A DNA stretch of 64,000 nucleotides from Felis catus. Its lineage: Eukaryota. The translations under genes were made by a program, and so were the position numbers. The stretch covers positions 128,652,001 to 128,716,000 of the forward strand of contig NC_058368.1 of assembly GCF_018350175.1 (NCBI RefSeq), written 5' to 3'. Positions 14,401 through 26,557 of the stretch are shown here, piece after piece. Under the pieces are notes generated by a model that saw only the letters and a program-made list of their open reading frames with translations, did not search any database and had not been told where the DNA came from. Every line of letters starts with the position of its first letter. Within the stretch, counting starts at the first letter, position 1.

Positions 14401-15503
14401 GAGAAATAGAACTAATTTCAACAAAATCCTGTTGGATGATTGCTGTGGTTTCATGCATGTTGAAATTATATAATGACATTTCTGGTAGGTGGCAGCCAAG
14501 TAGCATGAAAACTAGTAGCTGTGCGATGGGAAAACTATGGATTAACTGTCAGGAGGGAATTTGAAGCTTTGTTCTTTTTTGACTCATTTTGCATTCTGCC
14601 ACACTGGTACATTCTGTCTTGACGTGATGTATTTCTTATGGTAGAGATAAATGCTTGAGCAATTACCATGGTTTCCCCTGCTGTCATGGTAGGAGTCTCT
14701 GGACAGTTCTTACCCCAAAGCCAGAGGATCCCAGAACAAATGGTATTTTGTTTTTTAATCAACTAAATGCCACCTAAGATGGCTGAAGCTTACAGTTTTG
14801 CATATGAACAGCGATTTATTAGTCTACATTATAATAAGGGAGTTTGAGTTTAGGAGCCAGTGCTATGTTGGAAAGGTAAAGAATGACATTGGCTCTTAGC
14901 TCTATGTGTTTTTAAAGGTTGGTAGGTTGCTTGTGCCTGGGTACCGCTTACTACACTTCTGATGTACCTGGGATGTCTAGCACCTGAGTGCCTGGCCACT
15001 CTTGATAAGAATCAGTATTGTCCCAAAGAAAGTACTTATTTTTATCTCTCCATCCCCCCTTTGTTGTTTAAGAGACTCAGCATTTGCCTCAGATCATCAG
15101 TATCTTCTTTTCTCTATTTGTAGCTCTTCCTTGTTTACTTTTCGATAAGGTGGGGTTAGGTATGAGATAGCTTACGATAAATAGTAGGTTCTATAAGAAT
15201 TGATTATGTCCTAATAAAATTATTTTGGAATAGCACAAATTCATATTAATGTTATGTTGACAATGTGTTTTGGGGCAAGATAAGAACCTCATACCCAGAG
15301 AATTAAGCATAGGAGTCCTTTCATGTCAATGAAAAATCTTTGTAGAACCTGCGAATTAAAATGTACTCTAATAGATTATTGATTTGGGTTTTCTTTGGGC
15401 ATACTGGTAATTTGTTATGAATTGACTTTTGCTAAATCAAATAACTGTAGAATTTCTTGGATTAAAATAGATGTGTGATTTTATGTAGTATTTACAGGTT
15501 TTT

Positions 15504-16046
15504 CAGGGGTGTACTGGAGCCAGCTTGCACTGGCTCATGAGAGCGGATTGTTAACATTTCAGGAATTTTGTGTGCTGGTTGTTCAACACAGACATTATTC
15601 AAAATTAAATCATATAAAGTTTTAATTAAATACTCAAATACCCAAAATTCATTACTTCCCAATTAATTGACTTCATTTTACTATAGTCTATGCCCTTGAT
15701 GTTATTTATGCCTATTGTATATATGGGGTAGAATTATTATACAATGGTGGGCTACTGGGCTTCTCTTTCTAAGTCCATGTTCCATGTTAGCAGCTTGAAC
15801 TTGGTCATGGTGGAGTATTTCTACCACAGAAATGGGCAAATGCTACAAATCAGTGCTTGATACATTATTTTATTGATTGCATTTACAGTGATGAAGAAAA
15901 TAATAATACATATTGTATCTGTGTCATTATAGTCTCAATAGCACAAAAATTGAGGAAATATTCTTTCAGTGTCTAAAACTACAATCCAGTCAACATCCTT
16001 GGAATTACACTCAGGCAATTTTTAAACATTTATCAGCATGCCATTG
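15504..16046. mobile_element. hAT DNA transposon remnant (MER63-like)
   Basis: Left end CAGGGGTGTACTGGAGCCAGCTTGCACTGGCTC...TTCAGGAATTTTG; right end AAACATTTATCAGCATGCCATTG, a degenerate terminal inverted repeat. Confidence 0.7.
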
Positions 16047-16689
16047 GTATAAATTCATCAAACCTTGTTAATTTTTTTGTTAACAAATTAGGATTTAACA
16101 TAAGTGTTTTAAATTTAAGCTACACAAATGGCAATAAAATGTATTTTTATTCATCCATTATCACTTGGTTCCCAGAACATGAGCTATAGTTATGCATTTG
16201 TAATAAAAACCTAGCTTGTAGTTTTCTTAAATTTTATTTATAATAAAAGCTGGCTTGTAGTTTTTTTAAAATGTTAACATCCTCTGCAGTCTCTGTTCTT
16301 CTTAGTAGAAGTTCTCTAAATGATCAAAGCAACAAAAACTTTAAAAAACAATGACAACAACAAAAAAAGTGAGTTGTATCCTAGAGATTGTGATTCCATG
16401 GATTTATGGATGGCCTAAGAACCTGCATTTTATAAATCTCCTCTGATGGTACCAATCATTAGCCAGGCCTAAGAATCACTATATGACTATATTTCCAATG
16501 CCTTTTGAATACTTGAAGATCTTTTACTTGAAAGAAGTAAAATAAAAAAGAAAGAAGCAACTTGAGCAAATTATATGCTGTTTATCTTTTGACTTTAATG
16601 ACACTATCGTGTATCTCATGTGGTGCTGTTAGAATATCCTGAGCAATATACTTTGAAGATCTTTTTAGTTCATCACTGTTTTTTATTGT

Positions 16690-17005
16690 TGTTGTTTGTT
16701 TTTAAGTTTATTTTGAGGGAGAGAGGGAGAGAGCAGGCACACAGGCCCATGTGTGCATGGGGAAGTGGCAGAGAGACGGCAATAGAGAGAACCGCAAGCA
16801 GGGCTCAATCTCACAAACCTTGAGATCATGACTTGTGCCTAAATCAAGAGTCAGATGCTTAACTGACTGAGCCACCCAGGAGCCCAACTGTTTTTTTTAA
16901 GACTTTTTAATTTGTAAGTAATCTCTGCACCCAATGTGGGACTTGAACACACAACCCCCAGATCAAAAGTCGTGTGCTGTACCAACTGAGCCAGTCAGGC
17001 TTCCC
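16690..17005 (-). mobile_element. Two nested CanSINEs (younger ~16690-16885 inserted in the tail of an older short copy ~16890-17005)
   Basis: Two heads (GAGCCACCCAGGAGCCC; GAGCCAGTCAGGCTTCCC). Outer near-TSD TAGTTCATCACT/TAGTTCATTACT. Confidence 0.85.
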
Positions 17006-18029
17006 TAGTTCATTACTAAGTTTTATCCAAAGAAAGTATCAGTACAAATGAAAAGAGTCTGAAGATTTGTTTTCTTGTCTTGACTCTCATTTTAGGGTTC
17101 TGTTACCTTGCTTGTGTAATTCTTTTTAAAAAGTCTCCTTTGTCTCATTCATTAAATAAGGAGATTAGACTACATAATCTTTAGGATGGAAGAGATGATT
17201 GATCAAAACATTACCTTTTATTCATAGGGATTTATTTATCACTTCTGCTTCTCTGTCCACTGAGTTATCTTATCCCACAAAGAAAATTGCAATGGTTGTA
17301 ATTTATCGCTTTTACTTGTTTCTTTCTCTGTGTAATGGGGATAATGATAGTACCTATCCTCATAGTATTATCTTGCAGTTTCAGTGGGTAAATTTGTTAG
17401 TGTTTAAGAGAATTTGTGGTACAAAGTACAAGCTATATAAATATTAGCTGCTATTCTCTTTTCCCATCTTTTTCCTACCTCTACTTTCCCTGGAGGGTTG
17501 ATGGTGAGGGTGTACCCAGTCCCTACTAAACTACCACCCTTTTTCTTCTTAACAAGTAGAGTAGTAAGAAATATTCTTTAAAGGTGCAATACACGTCAGT
17601 AAGTTTTTAACAAATTATGAAGAACTTTAAAGTCTCTTAGAAAGATTTCTATTTCCAGCAACAAGGCAGACAAAAACCTCAAAAATTCTCCTGCCACAAA
17701 ATATTCATTAGTACTGAATAAAACAGAACTTAAAAAAAAAGTCTACCTTAGCTTTCAAGAGAGTCAGGAAAATATCTGAGAGGACAGATACCCACATATT
17801 TCTTTTTAATAAATGATTTTTACATATATTAAATGAGATTGGCTTTCTTTTTCCTTTCTTGAACTGGCCTCCTCTGAATTTAGTATCAGATTATGCTAGC
17901 CTCTTAAAAAGAACTGAGTCATTTTCCCTCTTTCTCTGTTCTCTTGAATAGATTGTAAGATGGGTTATCTGTTCCTGTGTGTCCTGGAAAATGTACTTGT
18001 TAGATTTTCTGGGCTCAGTGGAGTTTTTG

Positions 18030-18244
18030 TGTTTTTTTAAAAATTATTTTTCATTTATTTATTTATTTTCAGAGAGAGACAGCGTGCATGGTGGAGGGGC
18101 AGAGGGAGAGGGAGAAAGAGAATCCCAAGCAGGCTCTCTGCTGCCAGCACAGAGCCTGATGTGGAGCCCAAACTCCTGAACCATGAGATCATGACTTGAG
18201 CCGAAATCAAAAGTCAGACACTGACTGAGCCATCCAGGCACCAC
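18030..18244 (-). mobile_element. CanSINE
   Basis: GAATCCCAAGCAGGCTCTCTGCTGCCAGCACAGAGCC...GAGCCATCCAGGCACC. Confidence 0.93.
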
Positions 18245-18439
18245 TTCAGTGGCATTTTTTAAAGGAAGATTTTTTAAAATGAATTCAATTTCTTTTACAG
18301 TTGCAGCTTCTATTTAGTATTTCTACTTCTTTGATCCATTTTTATAATTTATGCATTTGGAAAATTGGTATAAGTTTTCAAATTTATTGACACAAAATTA
18401 TTCATTATATTCTCTGATACTCTTACATATATTTGTAGA

Positions 18440-18623
18440 TTTTTTAAAGTTTATTTATTTATTTGGGGGGGGGCAGAGAGAGAGGTAGAGAGAGAATCCC
18501 AAGCAGGCTCCATGCTGTCAGTGTGGAGCCTGATGTGGGGCTCGATCCCATAAACCATGAGATCATGACCTGAGCTGAAATCAAGAGTTAGATGTTTAAC
18601 CAACTAAGCCAGCCAGGTGCCCC
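18440..18623 (-). mobile_element. CanSINE
   Basis: Antisense SINEC; TSD TATTTGTAG on both sides. Confidence 0.93.
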
Positions 18624-18666
18624 TATTTGTAGTGATTTAATATTGTTTATATATACTAGCCTTTTA

Positions 18667-18854
18667 TTTATTTTATGATGTTTATTTATTTTGAGAGAAA
18701 GAGAGCATGAGCAAGGGAAGGGCAGAGAGAGAGAGGGAGAGAATCCTAAGCAGGCTCTGTGCTGTCAGCACAGAACCCCATGCACAAACCATGAGATCAT
18801 GACCAGAGACAAAATCAAGAGTCAGTACTTAACTGACTGAGCCACACAGGCACC
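18667..18854 (-). mobile_element. CanSINE with a small internal deletion
   Basis: TSD TATACTAGCCTTTTA at 18652-18666 and 18857-18871. Confidence 0.93.
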
Positions 18855-18884
18855 ATTATACTAGCCTTTTAAAACTTAACCAAT

Positions 18885-20151
18885 GCTGGGAGAACTGGAC
18901 AGCAACATGCAGAAGGTTGAAACTAGACCACTTTCTCACACCATTCACAAAAATAAACTCAAAATGGATAAAGGACCTAAATGTGAGACAGGAAACCATC
19001 AAAACCTTAGAGGAGAAAGCAGGAAAAGACCTCTCTGACCTCAGCCGTAGCAATCTCTTACTCAACACATCCCCAAAGGCAAGGGAATTAAAAGCAAAAG
19101 TGAATTACTGGGACCTTATGAAGATAAAAAGCTTCTGCACAGCAAAGGAAACAACCACAAAACTAAAAGGCAACCAACGGAATGGGAAAAGATATTCGCA
19201 AATGACATATCGGACAAAGGGCTAGTATCCAAAATCTATAAAGAGCTCACCAAACTCCACACCCGAAAAACAAATAACCCAGTGAAGAAATGGGCAGAAA
19301 ACATGAATAGACACTTCTCTCAAGAAGACATCCGGATGGCCAACAGGCACATGAAAAGATGCTCAACATCGCTCCTCATCAGGGAAATACAAATCAAAAC
19401 CACACTCAGATATCACCTCATGCCAGTCAGAGTGGCCAAAATGAACAAATCAGGAGACTATAGATGCTGGAGAGGACGTGGAGAAACGGGAACCCTCTTG
19501 CACTGTTGGTGGGAATGCAAATTGGTGCAGCCGCTCTGGAAAGCAGTGTGGAGGTTCCTCAGAAAATTAAAAATAGACCTACCCTATGACCCAGCAGTAG
19601 CACTGCTAGGAATTTATCCAAGGGATACAGGAGTACTGATGCATGGGGCCACTTGTACCCCAATGTTCATAGCAGCACTCTCAACAATAGCCAAATTATG
19701 GAAAGAGCCTAAATGTCCATCAACTGATGAATGGATAAAGAAATTGTGGTCTATATACACAATGGAATACTACGTGGCAATGAGAAAAAATGAAATATGG
19801 CCTTTTGTAGCAAGGTGGATGGAACTGGAGAGTGTGATGCTAAGTGAAATAAGCCATACAGAGAAAGACAGATACCATATGGTTTCACTCTTATGTGGAT
19901 CCTGAGAAACTTAACAGGAACCCATGGGGGAGGGGAAGAAAAAAAAAAAAAAGAGGTTAGAGTGGGAGAGAGCCAAAGCATAAGAGACTGTTAAAAACTG
20001 AGAACAAACTGAGGGTTGATGGGGGGTGGGAGGGAGGAGAGGGTGGGTGATGGGTATTGAGGAGGGCACCTTTTGGGATGAGCACTGGGTGTTGTATGGA
20101 AACCAATTTGTCAATAAATTTCATAAAAAAAAAAATACAAAGGAAAAAAAA
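18885..20151 (+). mobile_element. Young 5'-truncated LINE-1 (felid L1-like): ORF2 C-terminus, 3' UTR, poly(A)
   Basis: ORFs 18917-19225 and 19282-19905 are L1 ORF2 C-terminal sequence ([44 protein letters not shown]). G-rich 3' UTR, AATAAA and A-tail. Perfect TSD TAAAACTTAACCAAT at 18870-18884 and 20152-20166. Confidence 0.97.
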
Positions 20152-20576
20152 TAAAACTTAACCAATTAATAAAAAATCTGTCTATAATTCTTTTAAAAGA
20201 ACCAGCTTTCAATTTTATAGTCTCTTATTATTTATTTATATTTCATTAAACATTAATTCTCTTGTTATTTCATATATTTTACTTTATTTGTTTTCCCTCC
20301 CTATTGGTGTTCTTTTTATAATTTCTTAATTAAATTTTAGGTAATTTTTTGTCTTGTTTCATGACATATTTGGGGGTATATGTTTTCCTTTAATTAGGAT
20401 CTATCCCTCAATACTTGGTACATTATATTGTGTCTGATAAAGTTTTAACTATCTTATAATTTACATTGTGAATTCTGCTTTGATCCGTGGTCTTTTTTTT
20501 AATTCCTAAATGTATTAGGAAACTTAGTTTGGTGTTCTTTTTATTACTGATTTCTCATTTCTAACTTTATGGCAAA

Positions 20577-21853
20577 TGTTAGTTTCCTATTCCAGTTATA
20601 ATAAATTACCACAAATTTAGTGGCTTAAAACAACAGAAATTTATTATCTTATAGTTTTCAATGTCAGAAATCCAGAATCATTCTCTCTGGGCTAAAATCA
20701 AGATGTTAGCAATGCTGTGTTCCTTTTGGAGGCTCTAGGGGAGAATCTGTTTTCTTCTTTTTTCTAGATTCTAGTGCCTTTTGACTCCTTCCATCTTTAA
20801 GTCTCTTTGACTCTTATACCTCTGCTTCTACATACAGATGACCAACAGATGCATGAAAAGATGCTCAATATCACTCACCATCAGGGTAATACAAATCAAA
20901 ACTACAATGAGATATCACCTCTCACCTGTCAGAATTGCTAAAATTAACAACACAGGAAACAACAGGTGTTGGAGAGGATGTGGACAATGAGAACCCTCTT
21001 ACACTGTTGGTGGGAATGCAAACTGGTGCAGCTACTCTGGAAAACAGTATGGAGGTTCCTCAAAAAGTTAAAGATAGAACTACCCTATGATCAAGTAATC
21101 ACACTACCAAGTATTTAACCAAAGGATACAAAAATACTAATTTGAAGAGATAACATGCACCCTGATGTTTACAGCAGCATTATCAACAACAGCCAAATTA
21201 TGGAAAGAGCCCTAATGTTCATTGACTGATGAATAGATAAAGAAGATGTGGCATATATATGCAATGGAATATTACTCAGCCATAAAAAGATTGAAATCTT
21301 GCCATTTGCAGAGACATGAATGGAGCTAGAGAGTATTATGCTAAGTGAGATAAGTCCGTCAGAGAAACACAAATACCGTATGATTTCACTCATGTGGAGT
21401 GTAAGAAACAAAACAAACAATCATAGGGTAAAGAGAAAGGAAAACCAGGAAGTAGATTCTTAGCTATAGAGAACAAACTGATAGCTACCAAAGGGAGGTG
21501 GGAAAGGGGATGGGTTTAAAAGGTGATGGGGATTAAGGAGTGCATTTGTTGTGATGAGCAGCGGTGCTATATGGATAATCACTAAATTGTATACCTGAAA
21601 CTAATATTACATTGTTAACTAACTAGAATTTAAATAGAAACTTAGAAAAAAAAAACAGAAAACTCTGCTTCTGTCCTTCTATCTTCTTCTATGACTCTTG
21701 TGCCTCCCGATGTGATTACATTGGGTCTAGCACAGTCTTCTGGAAGCCCTTAATTGAATCACATCTGCAAAATCCTTTTGCCATGTAAGGGAACACAAGT
21801 TCCAGAGATTAGTACCTGGACAGCTTTGGAGGGCCATTGTTCTGCCTATCACA
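20577..21853 (-). mobile_element. MaLR solo LTR (MLT1C/D-like), split by the L1 at 20830-21662
   Basis: AAATTACCACAAATTTAGTGGCTTAAAACAACA and GGAGGCTCTAGGGGAGAATC on the left side; GGCCATTGTTCTGCCTATCACA terminus on the right side. Confidence 0.8.
20830..21662 (+). mobile_element. Older 5'-truncated carnivore LINE-1 3' end inserted into an MLT1 LTR
   Basis: Paralogous to 19320-20120 (CATGAAAAGATGCTCAA; ACTGTTGGTGGGAATGCAAA) but with stops. A-tail near 21645-21660. TSD CTCTGCTTCT at 20820-20829 and 21663-21672. Confidence 0.92.
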
Positions 21854-22657
21854 GGCACTATGGTTTGAGTATGTTCATATGGCATACACTCTTTGGTATT
21901 TGTCAAGATTGTCTTTGTTTTATTAAGATTCCACATGTGCTTGAAAGGAATCTAGTTGTGAGTATGTAGTTCTCTGTAAGATCATATTTACAGGATCAAA
22001 CTTGTTAAGAATATAGTTTATAACTTCTAAATCTTCACTGATTTTTGTTTCTTTAGTAGATTTTGAGAGATACCCCAAGTATATTCAATATTAGTATGTT
22101 TCTACTTGTAATTCTGTCAATTTTCTATCTGCATTAACACTGCTATGCCAACTTTACTTTGATTAATGTTTGACTGGTATCTTAATCTCCATTTACTTTC
22201 TGTGTTGTAATGTTTTAAGCAAATCTCTTATATATAGCATATACATGGATTTTTTTAAACATTCTGAGAGTATTCAGTCTTTCAAGAGATGAATATAACC
22301 TTTTTACTTATTATTTACTATTTTATGATGTATTTAGACTTATTTCTATCATTGTGTTCATGTTTTCTCTTAATCATACCTTTACCTTCTTCTATTTCTG
22401 TCACTTCTGATTGATAAACTTTATATAATACCTTATCCCCAACCTTTCCTCCTTTACTATTTTGGATGTTATACATTTTTCTTCTCTTCCTCAGTATTAC
22501 TATACTTGGTTGACTTAGCAAACTCTAAAGATGGTATCTCCATTGAGCTTCTTGGGAAGAAAAAAAAAAGAACTGAAAATTTTAACTTTAAATACCATTC
22601 TCTTTTTGCACCTTCTTTTTATTCTGTATCTGTTTCCCTTTACTTTGAAGGTTCTTG

Positions 22658-23049
22658 TGTATTAGAGTTCTTCAGAGAAATAGAACCAACAGGAGAGAGA
22701 GATCTATATTAAGAAATTGGTTTGCACAGTTGTGGAGGCTTGGTTAATTCAAAATCTGTTGAATAAGGGAGCATGCCAGAGATCCAGGAAAGAATTGTAG
22801 TTTGAGACCAAACAGTTTCCTGACAGAATTCCTTCTTTTTTTTTTTTTTTTTTTTAAGTTAGTCTGTTAGGACCTTCAGCTGATTGGATGAGGCCCACTC
22901 ACATTATGGAAAGTATGCTTTGCTCAAAGTCCACCAATTTAAATGTTCATTGCTTCCAAAAAATATTTTCATAGAAACATCCAGAATATTTCACCAAATA
23001 CCTGGGCAACATGGCCTAGCCAAGTTGACACATAAAGTTAACCATCACA
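22658..23049 (-). mobile_element. ERVL solo LTR (MLT2-like)
   Basis: Starts TGTATTAGAGTTCTTCAGAGAAATAGAACCAACAGGA and ends CCAAGTTGACACATAAAGTTAACCATCACA, typical of antisense MLT2. Confidence 0.8.
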
Positions 23050-24280
23050 CCATCTACATTAGTTTGCTGTTACTATTAAGATTCTGTGCTTATTTAGCTT
23101 TACCAATATGTTTACTTGTATCTTTTCACATCATTTATTTTTTCACTTACTCTGCTTTATATGTCTCATTTTCTTCCTTTAACAGATCTTTCCTGGTGGT
23201 CTCTGGAAGATAAATTCTGAAATTTTCTTTTGTCTGAAAATGTCTTTATTTTGCCCTCAAATGTAAATGATGGTTTAGCTAGGTGTAGAGTTCTTGATTC
23301 AGATACCTATTTTTCACCTCTTTGAAAGTATTATTATGTTGTTTCTAGCATTTTCTGTTTGTTACAAGACATTTACCTTCAATCTAATTTTCTTTTCATT
23401 ATAAGCAATTTGTTCTTTTTTTTTTGCTAATTGTTTTTAGAGATCCTTTCTTTGTCTTTGATTCTTGTGTTTTCATTACAATTTATAGATTTCATTACAA
23501 TTTATAGATTACATATAGATTTCTTTTTATTTATCCTGATTTTTACCTTCCTGGATCTGGGCAAGTGTTCCTGTGGCTCATTGGAAAACTATCTGCCATT
23601 ATCTTTTCAAATATTTTGCCTTTCCCCCTTCTTTCTACCATTTCCTTCTGGAATATCCATTAGAGATATAGGTTGTCTTCTCTATATCTCTTGAGGTTTT
23701 CTTTTTTCTTCAATGGCTATTTATTGAGTTTCTCTTAGTTCTTTTAAAAATAATTTAGTTCTTTTGTTGTATAGCCAGCTTTTTCATTGTGGCTTCTCTT
23801 TTTCTTTGTTTAAATCTGTAATCATCCTATATATTCTTTGGTTTTAGTCATTTTCAGATTATTGTTTTTTGTAGTTTTTGGAGGCTAATTTGTTTTTTGC
23901 ATCATCTGAAACTCTCCTCTCATGGTGGCTTCTTGAAGTTTTAGTTTTTTATTATGAGCTTATCTTTGGTAGGGATTATTTCTTCTATGAAAGTCCATTG
24001 CAGTATGTGAGTATTCCTATAGGGCTATTTATATTTGTCTTCTGGATCCTTAAAGATTTCAGAGGTCTAGGCAGATTTTGTCTTGTTTTTTAATTTATAA
24101 TGTTCACATCATGCAAATTGTATAAATTTGAAAACCTCACATACATGTGATACTCCTCTAGAGTTTTTGATTTTTTACTAGTGACATTTTCCATATCTCA
24201 TTCAAGTCCTTAAAGTAATGACTGCCCTCCTTGCTCCTTCTCAAAGTTTATGGGGCACATTTTTTCTAGTTTTTCTTTCT

Positions 24281-24506
24281 TTTTTTAAAATTATTTTCAA
24301 TGTTTATTTTAGGGAGAGAGAGAGAGAGAGAGAGACAGAGCATGAGCAGGGCAGAGGCAGAGAGAGATGGAGTCCCAGAATCTGAAGCAGGCTCCAAGCT
24401 CCAAGCTGTCAGCCCAAAGCCTGACACAGGGCTTGAACACAGGAACGTTGAGATCATGACCTGAGCTGAAGTCAGATCTCAACCAACTGAGCCACCCAGG
24501 TGCCCC
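24281..24506 (-). mobile_element. Felid CanSINE
   Basis: (GA)n tract; GAATCTGAAGCAGGCTCC; GAGCCACCCAGGTGCCCC. Confidence 0.94.
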
Positions 24507-25157
24507 CTACTTACTTTTTCATTAGCTGCTCAATTCTTTGGTACTGTGAGCTTTATGCAAGTGCTCACCAGCTAAAGGTGTGTTTTTTTCCCCGGACAAG
24601 AGATTTTAAAGCTATATTTCCAAGCCCTCAGCCCTTAGAGCCTAGAAATGGGTCTGAAACCCTGTGGATTGCCACTGTCTCAGCTCAAGCTTAGGGCTCT
24701 GGCCTTGGATGTCTATTTGTTTCCAGCACTTGAGGAATTTTCCTTTTTAAAAAATTAACAATGTATTACTTTTAAAAGTATTTTATCTATCATTTCTATA
24801 TGTTTCTAAAGCTCCTGAACATCAGCTTAGACTACTTGTTGTAAGAATTGTTTGTATTTTTTTAATATTGATGAAATTTGATTAAACTTTAATGTCTTTA
24901 CACTTTAAGAATGTTGATTTATTTTCTATATTGATAATTTTTTAGCAGTCTCTTTTGAGATTCTTTTAAATTCTTCCAATAGTGGGTTTTTTTTAAAACC
25001 TGTTCTTTGGCATGTCTGTACATAATTCAGTAAGTGTTTTCCAAGTGAAAATAATTTGTGCAGTTTGTTCTGGGTGGTCTGGGTGATTTTGATTAGATTA
25101 TTTGCTTTAGGACTTGTGCATATTAGAGTTAGACCTAAAGACTACCAGACTATAAAA

Positions 25158-25177
25158 TGATGATGATGATGGTAGTA

Positions 25178-25221
<44 letters not shown>
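25158..25221. repeat. Compound (TGA)n(TAG)n(AAT)n microsatellite
   Basis: Read directly from the sequence. Confidence 0.95.
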
Positions 25222-25222
<1 letters not shown>

Positions 25223-25224
25223 GC

Positions 25225-25415
25225 TTCTAGTACTTAGAAAGCACCTAACTCTCCTACTAATCCTGTGGTATAAAGTATCATTATCACCTGTTTTGCTGAT
25301 GAGGTAATTGAGACATAGAGAAAGTAATGTGCTCAAAATCACATGGCTAGCAAGTGGCGGAGCTGGATTTGAACCAAGTCTATCTCCCAGGAGCCTGTAT
25401 TCTTAATGATTATAC
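25225..25415 (-). mobile_element. MIR SINE
   Basis: GATGAGGTAATTGAGACATAGAGAAAGTAATGTGCTCAAAATCACATGGCTAGCAAGTGGCGGAGCTGGATTTGAACC, the MIR core. Confidence 0.7.
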
Positions 25416-25449
25416 TTTAACTTTTATATCCCATTGAGAGATACCATTC

Positions 25450-26008
25450 ATTATTGCTACATCCATGCTTAAAATCTTCCATAAGCCCCCTACTGCCTTT
25501 TGCATAATGTTTAAATAAAATATTTTAACAGGACATTCATAACTCTTCCTGACTTTACTCCAGCCTACCTATTCTACCAAATCACATATCACCCCTATTC
25601 TCCATCTCCAATTACTAACAATTTTCCAAAGGTACTTTGCTGTTTCATGCTTTCATGTTTTTTATTTTATTCTGCCCTCCGGCTAGAATGTGTCTTTCTT
25701 CCACTTCTCCTCTGGCTGACTTCTCTATGCTCTTAGAAACTATGACTCTTCCTGAAAGCTTCCATACTGCTCATGAGATAGTAGTCTCTCTTTAGTGCTC
25801 TCGTAAATTTGTCCTCTCTTAATGTACCCATTTATAGCACTTATTTGACTAAGTTTTAATAAATGATTTTCTTTACTCAATTATACTACTTCCCGAGGTA
25901 AAGGACTGTTGTTCTTTACACCTACATTTTTGTATCTTATGGCCAGGCAAAAACAACCTGGCACATATGAGATATTCAGTAAATGTTTGTTGAATGAATG
26001 AATGAATG
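25450..26008 (+). mobile_element. LINE-2 3' fragment
   Basis: CCTGGCACATATGAGATATTCAGTAAATGTTTGTTGAATGAATGAATG terminus; upstream GCTTAAAATCTTCC and GGCTAGAATG motifs. Confidence 0.65.
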
Positions 26009-26330
26009 TCATTTCAAGACTTGTTTTACAGATCATCTGTAAGGTTTGCTTAATGCAGTGTCTTAGTGAATTTTTAAATAGGGTTATGAATTATTTTGTT
26101 AGTAACATTACTGAAAAGATGTTTGTAAGAATAAGAATGCAAGTCACTTAGTGAGTTTCTTAAGGTATCCTTTTTTAACACAATGGTTTTGCTTATTTAG
26201 GTGTAAAGTAACATAGGCTTCATAACTGTGCTTTATTTAAAAGCCGTTCTATTTAGCTATTCAGTTAAAGATGGTTCTTTGGTGAAAAAATTAACTCAAC
26301 TTTAAGTATGTATTAAGAATGTCTAGTCTA

Positions 26331-26457
26331 GGGGCTACTGGGTGGCTCAGTCTGTTGAGCTTCTGACCCTTGATTTTGCCTCAGGTCATGATCTCAAGGC
26401 TTCATGGGTTTGAGCCCCACATTGGGCTCTGCTGTGACAGTGTGGAGCCTGCTTGAG

Positions 26458-26507
<50 letters not shown>

Positions 26508-26557
26508 CCCCCCCCACCGTTGCTGTCTCTGTCTCTCATAAACTTAAAAAAAAAAAA
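26331..26557 (+). mobile_element. CanSINE with an expanded (CT)n tract
   Basis: TSD AAGAATGTCTAGTCTAG at 26315-26331 and 26558-26574. Confidence 0.94.

Larger units (their letters stand above)
17850..24240 (-). mobile_element. Ancient, fragmented LINE-1 (L1M-like) hosting several nested younger insertions
   Basis: Long T-rich degenerate sequence with antisense L1 motifs (GCTAGCCTCTTAAAAAGAACTGAG; TCTGAAAATGTCTTTATTTTGCCCTCA; AAATGATGGTTTAGCTAGGTGTAGAGTTCTTG). Boundaries approximate. Confidence 0.6.

Noticed and set aside
19282..19905. 207-aa ORF as a host gene
   Set aside because: It is the C-terminus of L1 ORF2 in a 5'-truncated element with no promoter or ORF1.
25142..25342. ORF with poly-Tyr/poly-His
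   Set aside because: An artefact of the (AAT)n/(TGA)n microsatellite next to a MIR.
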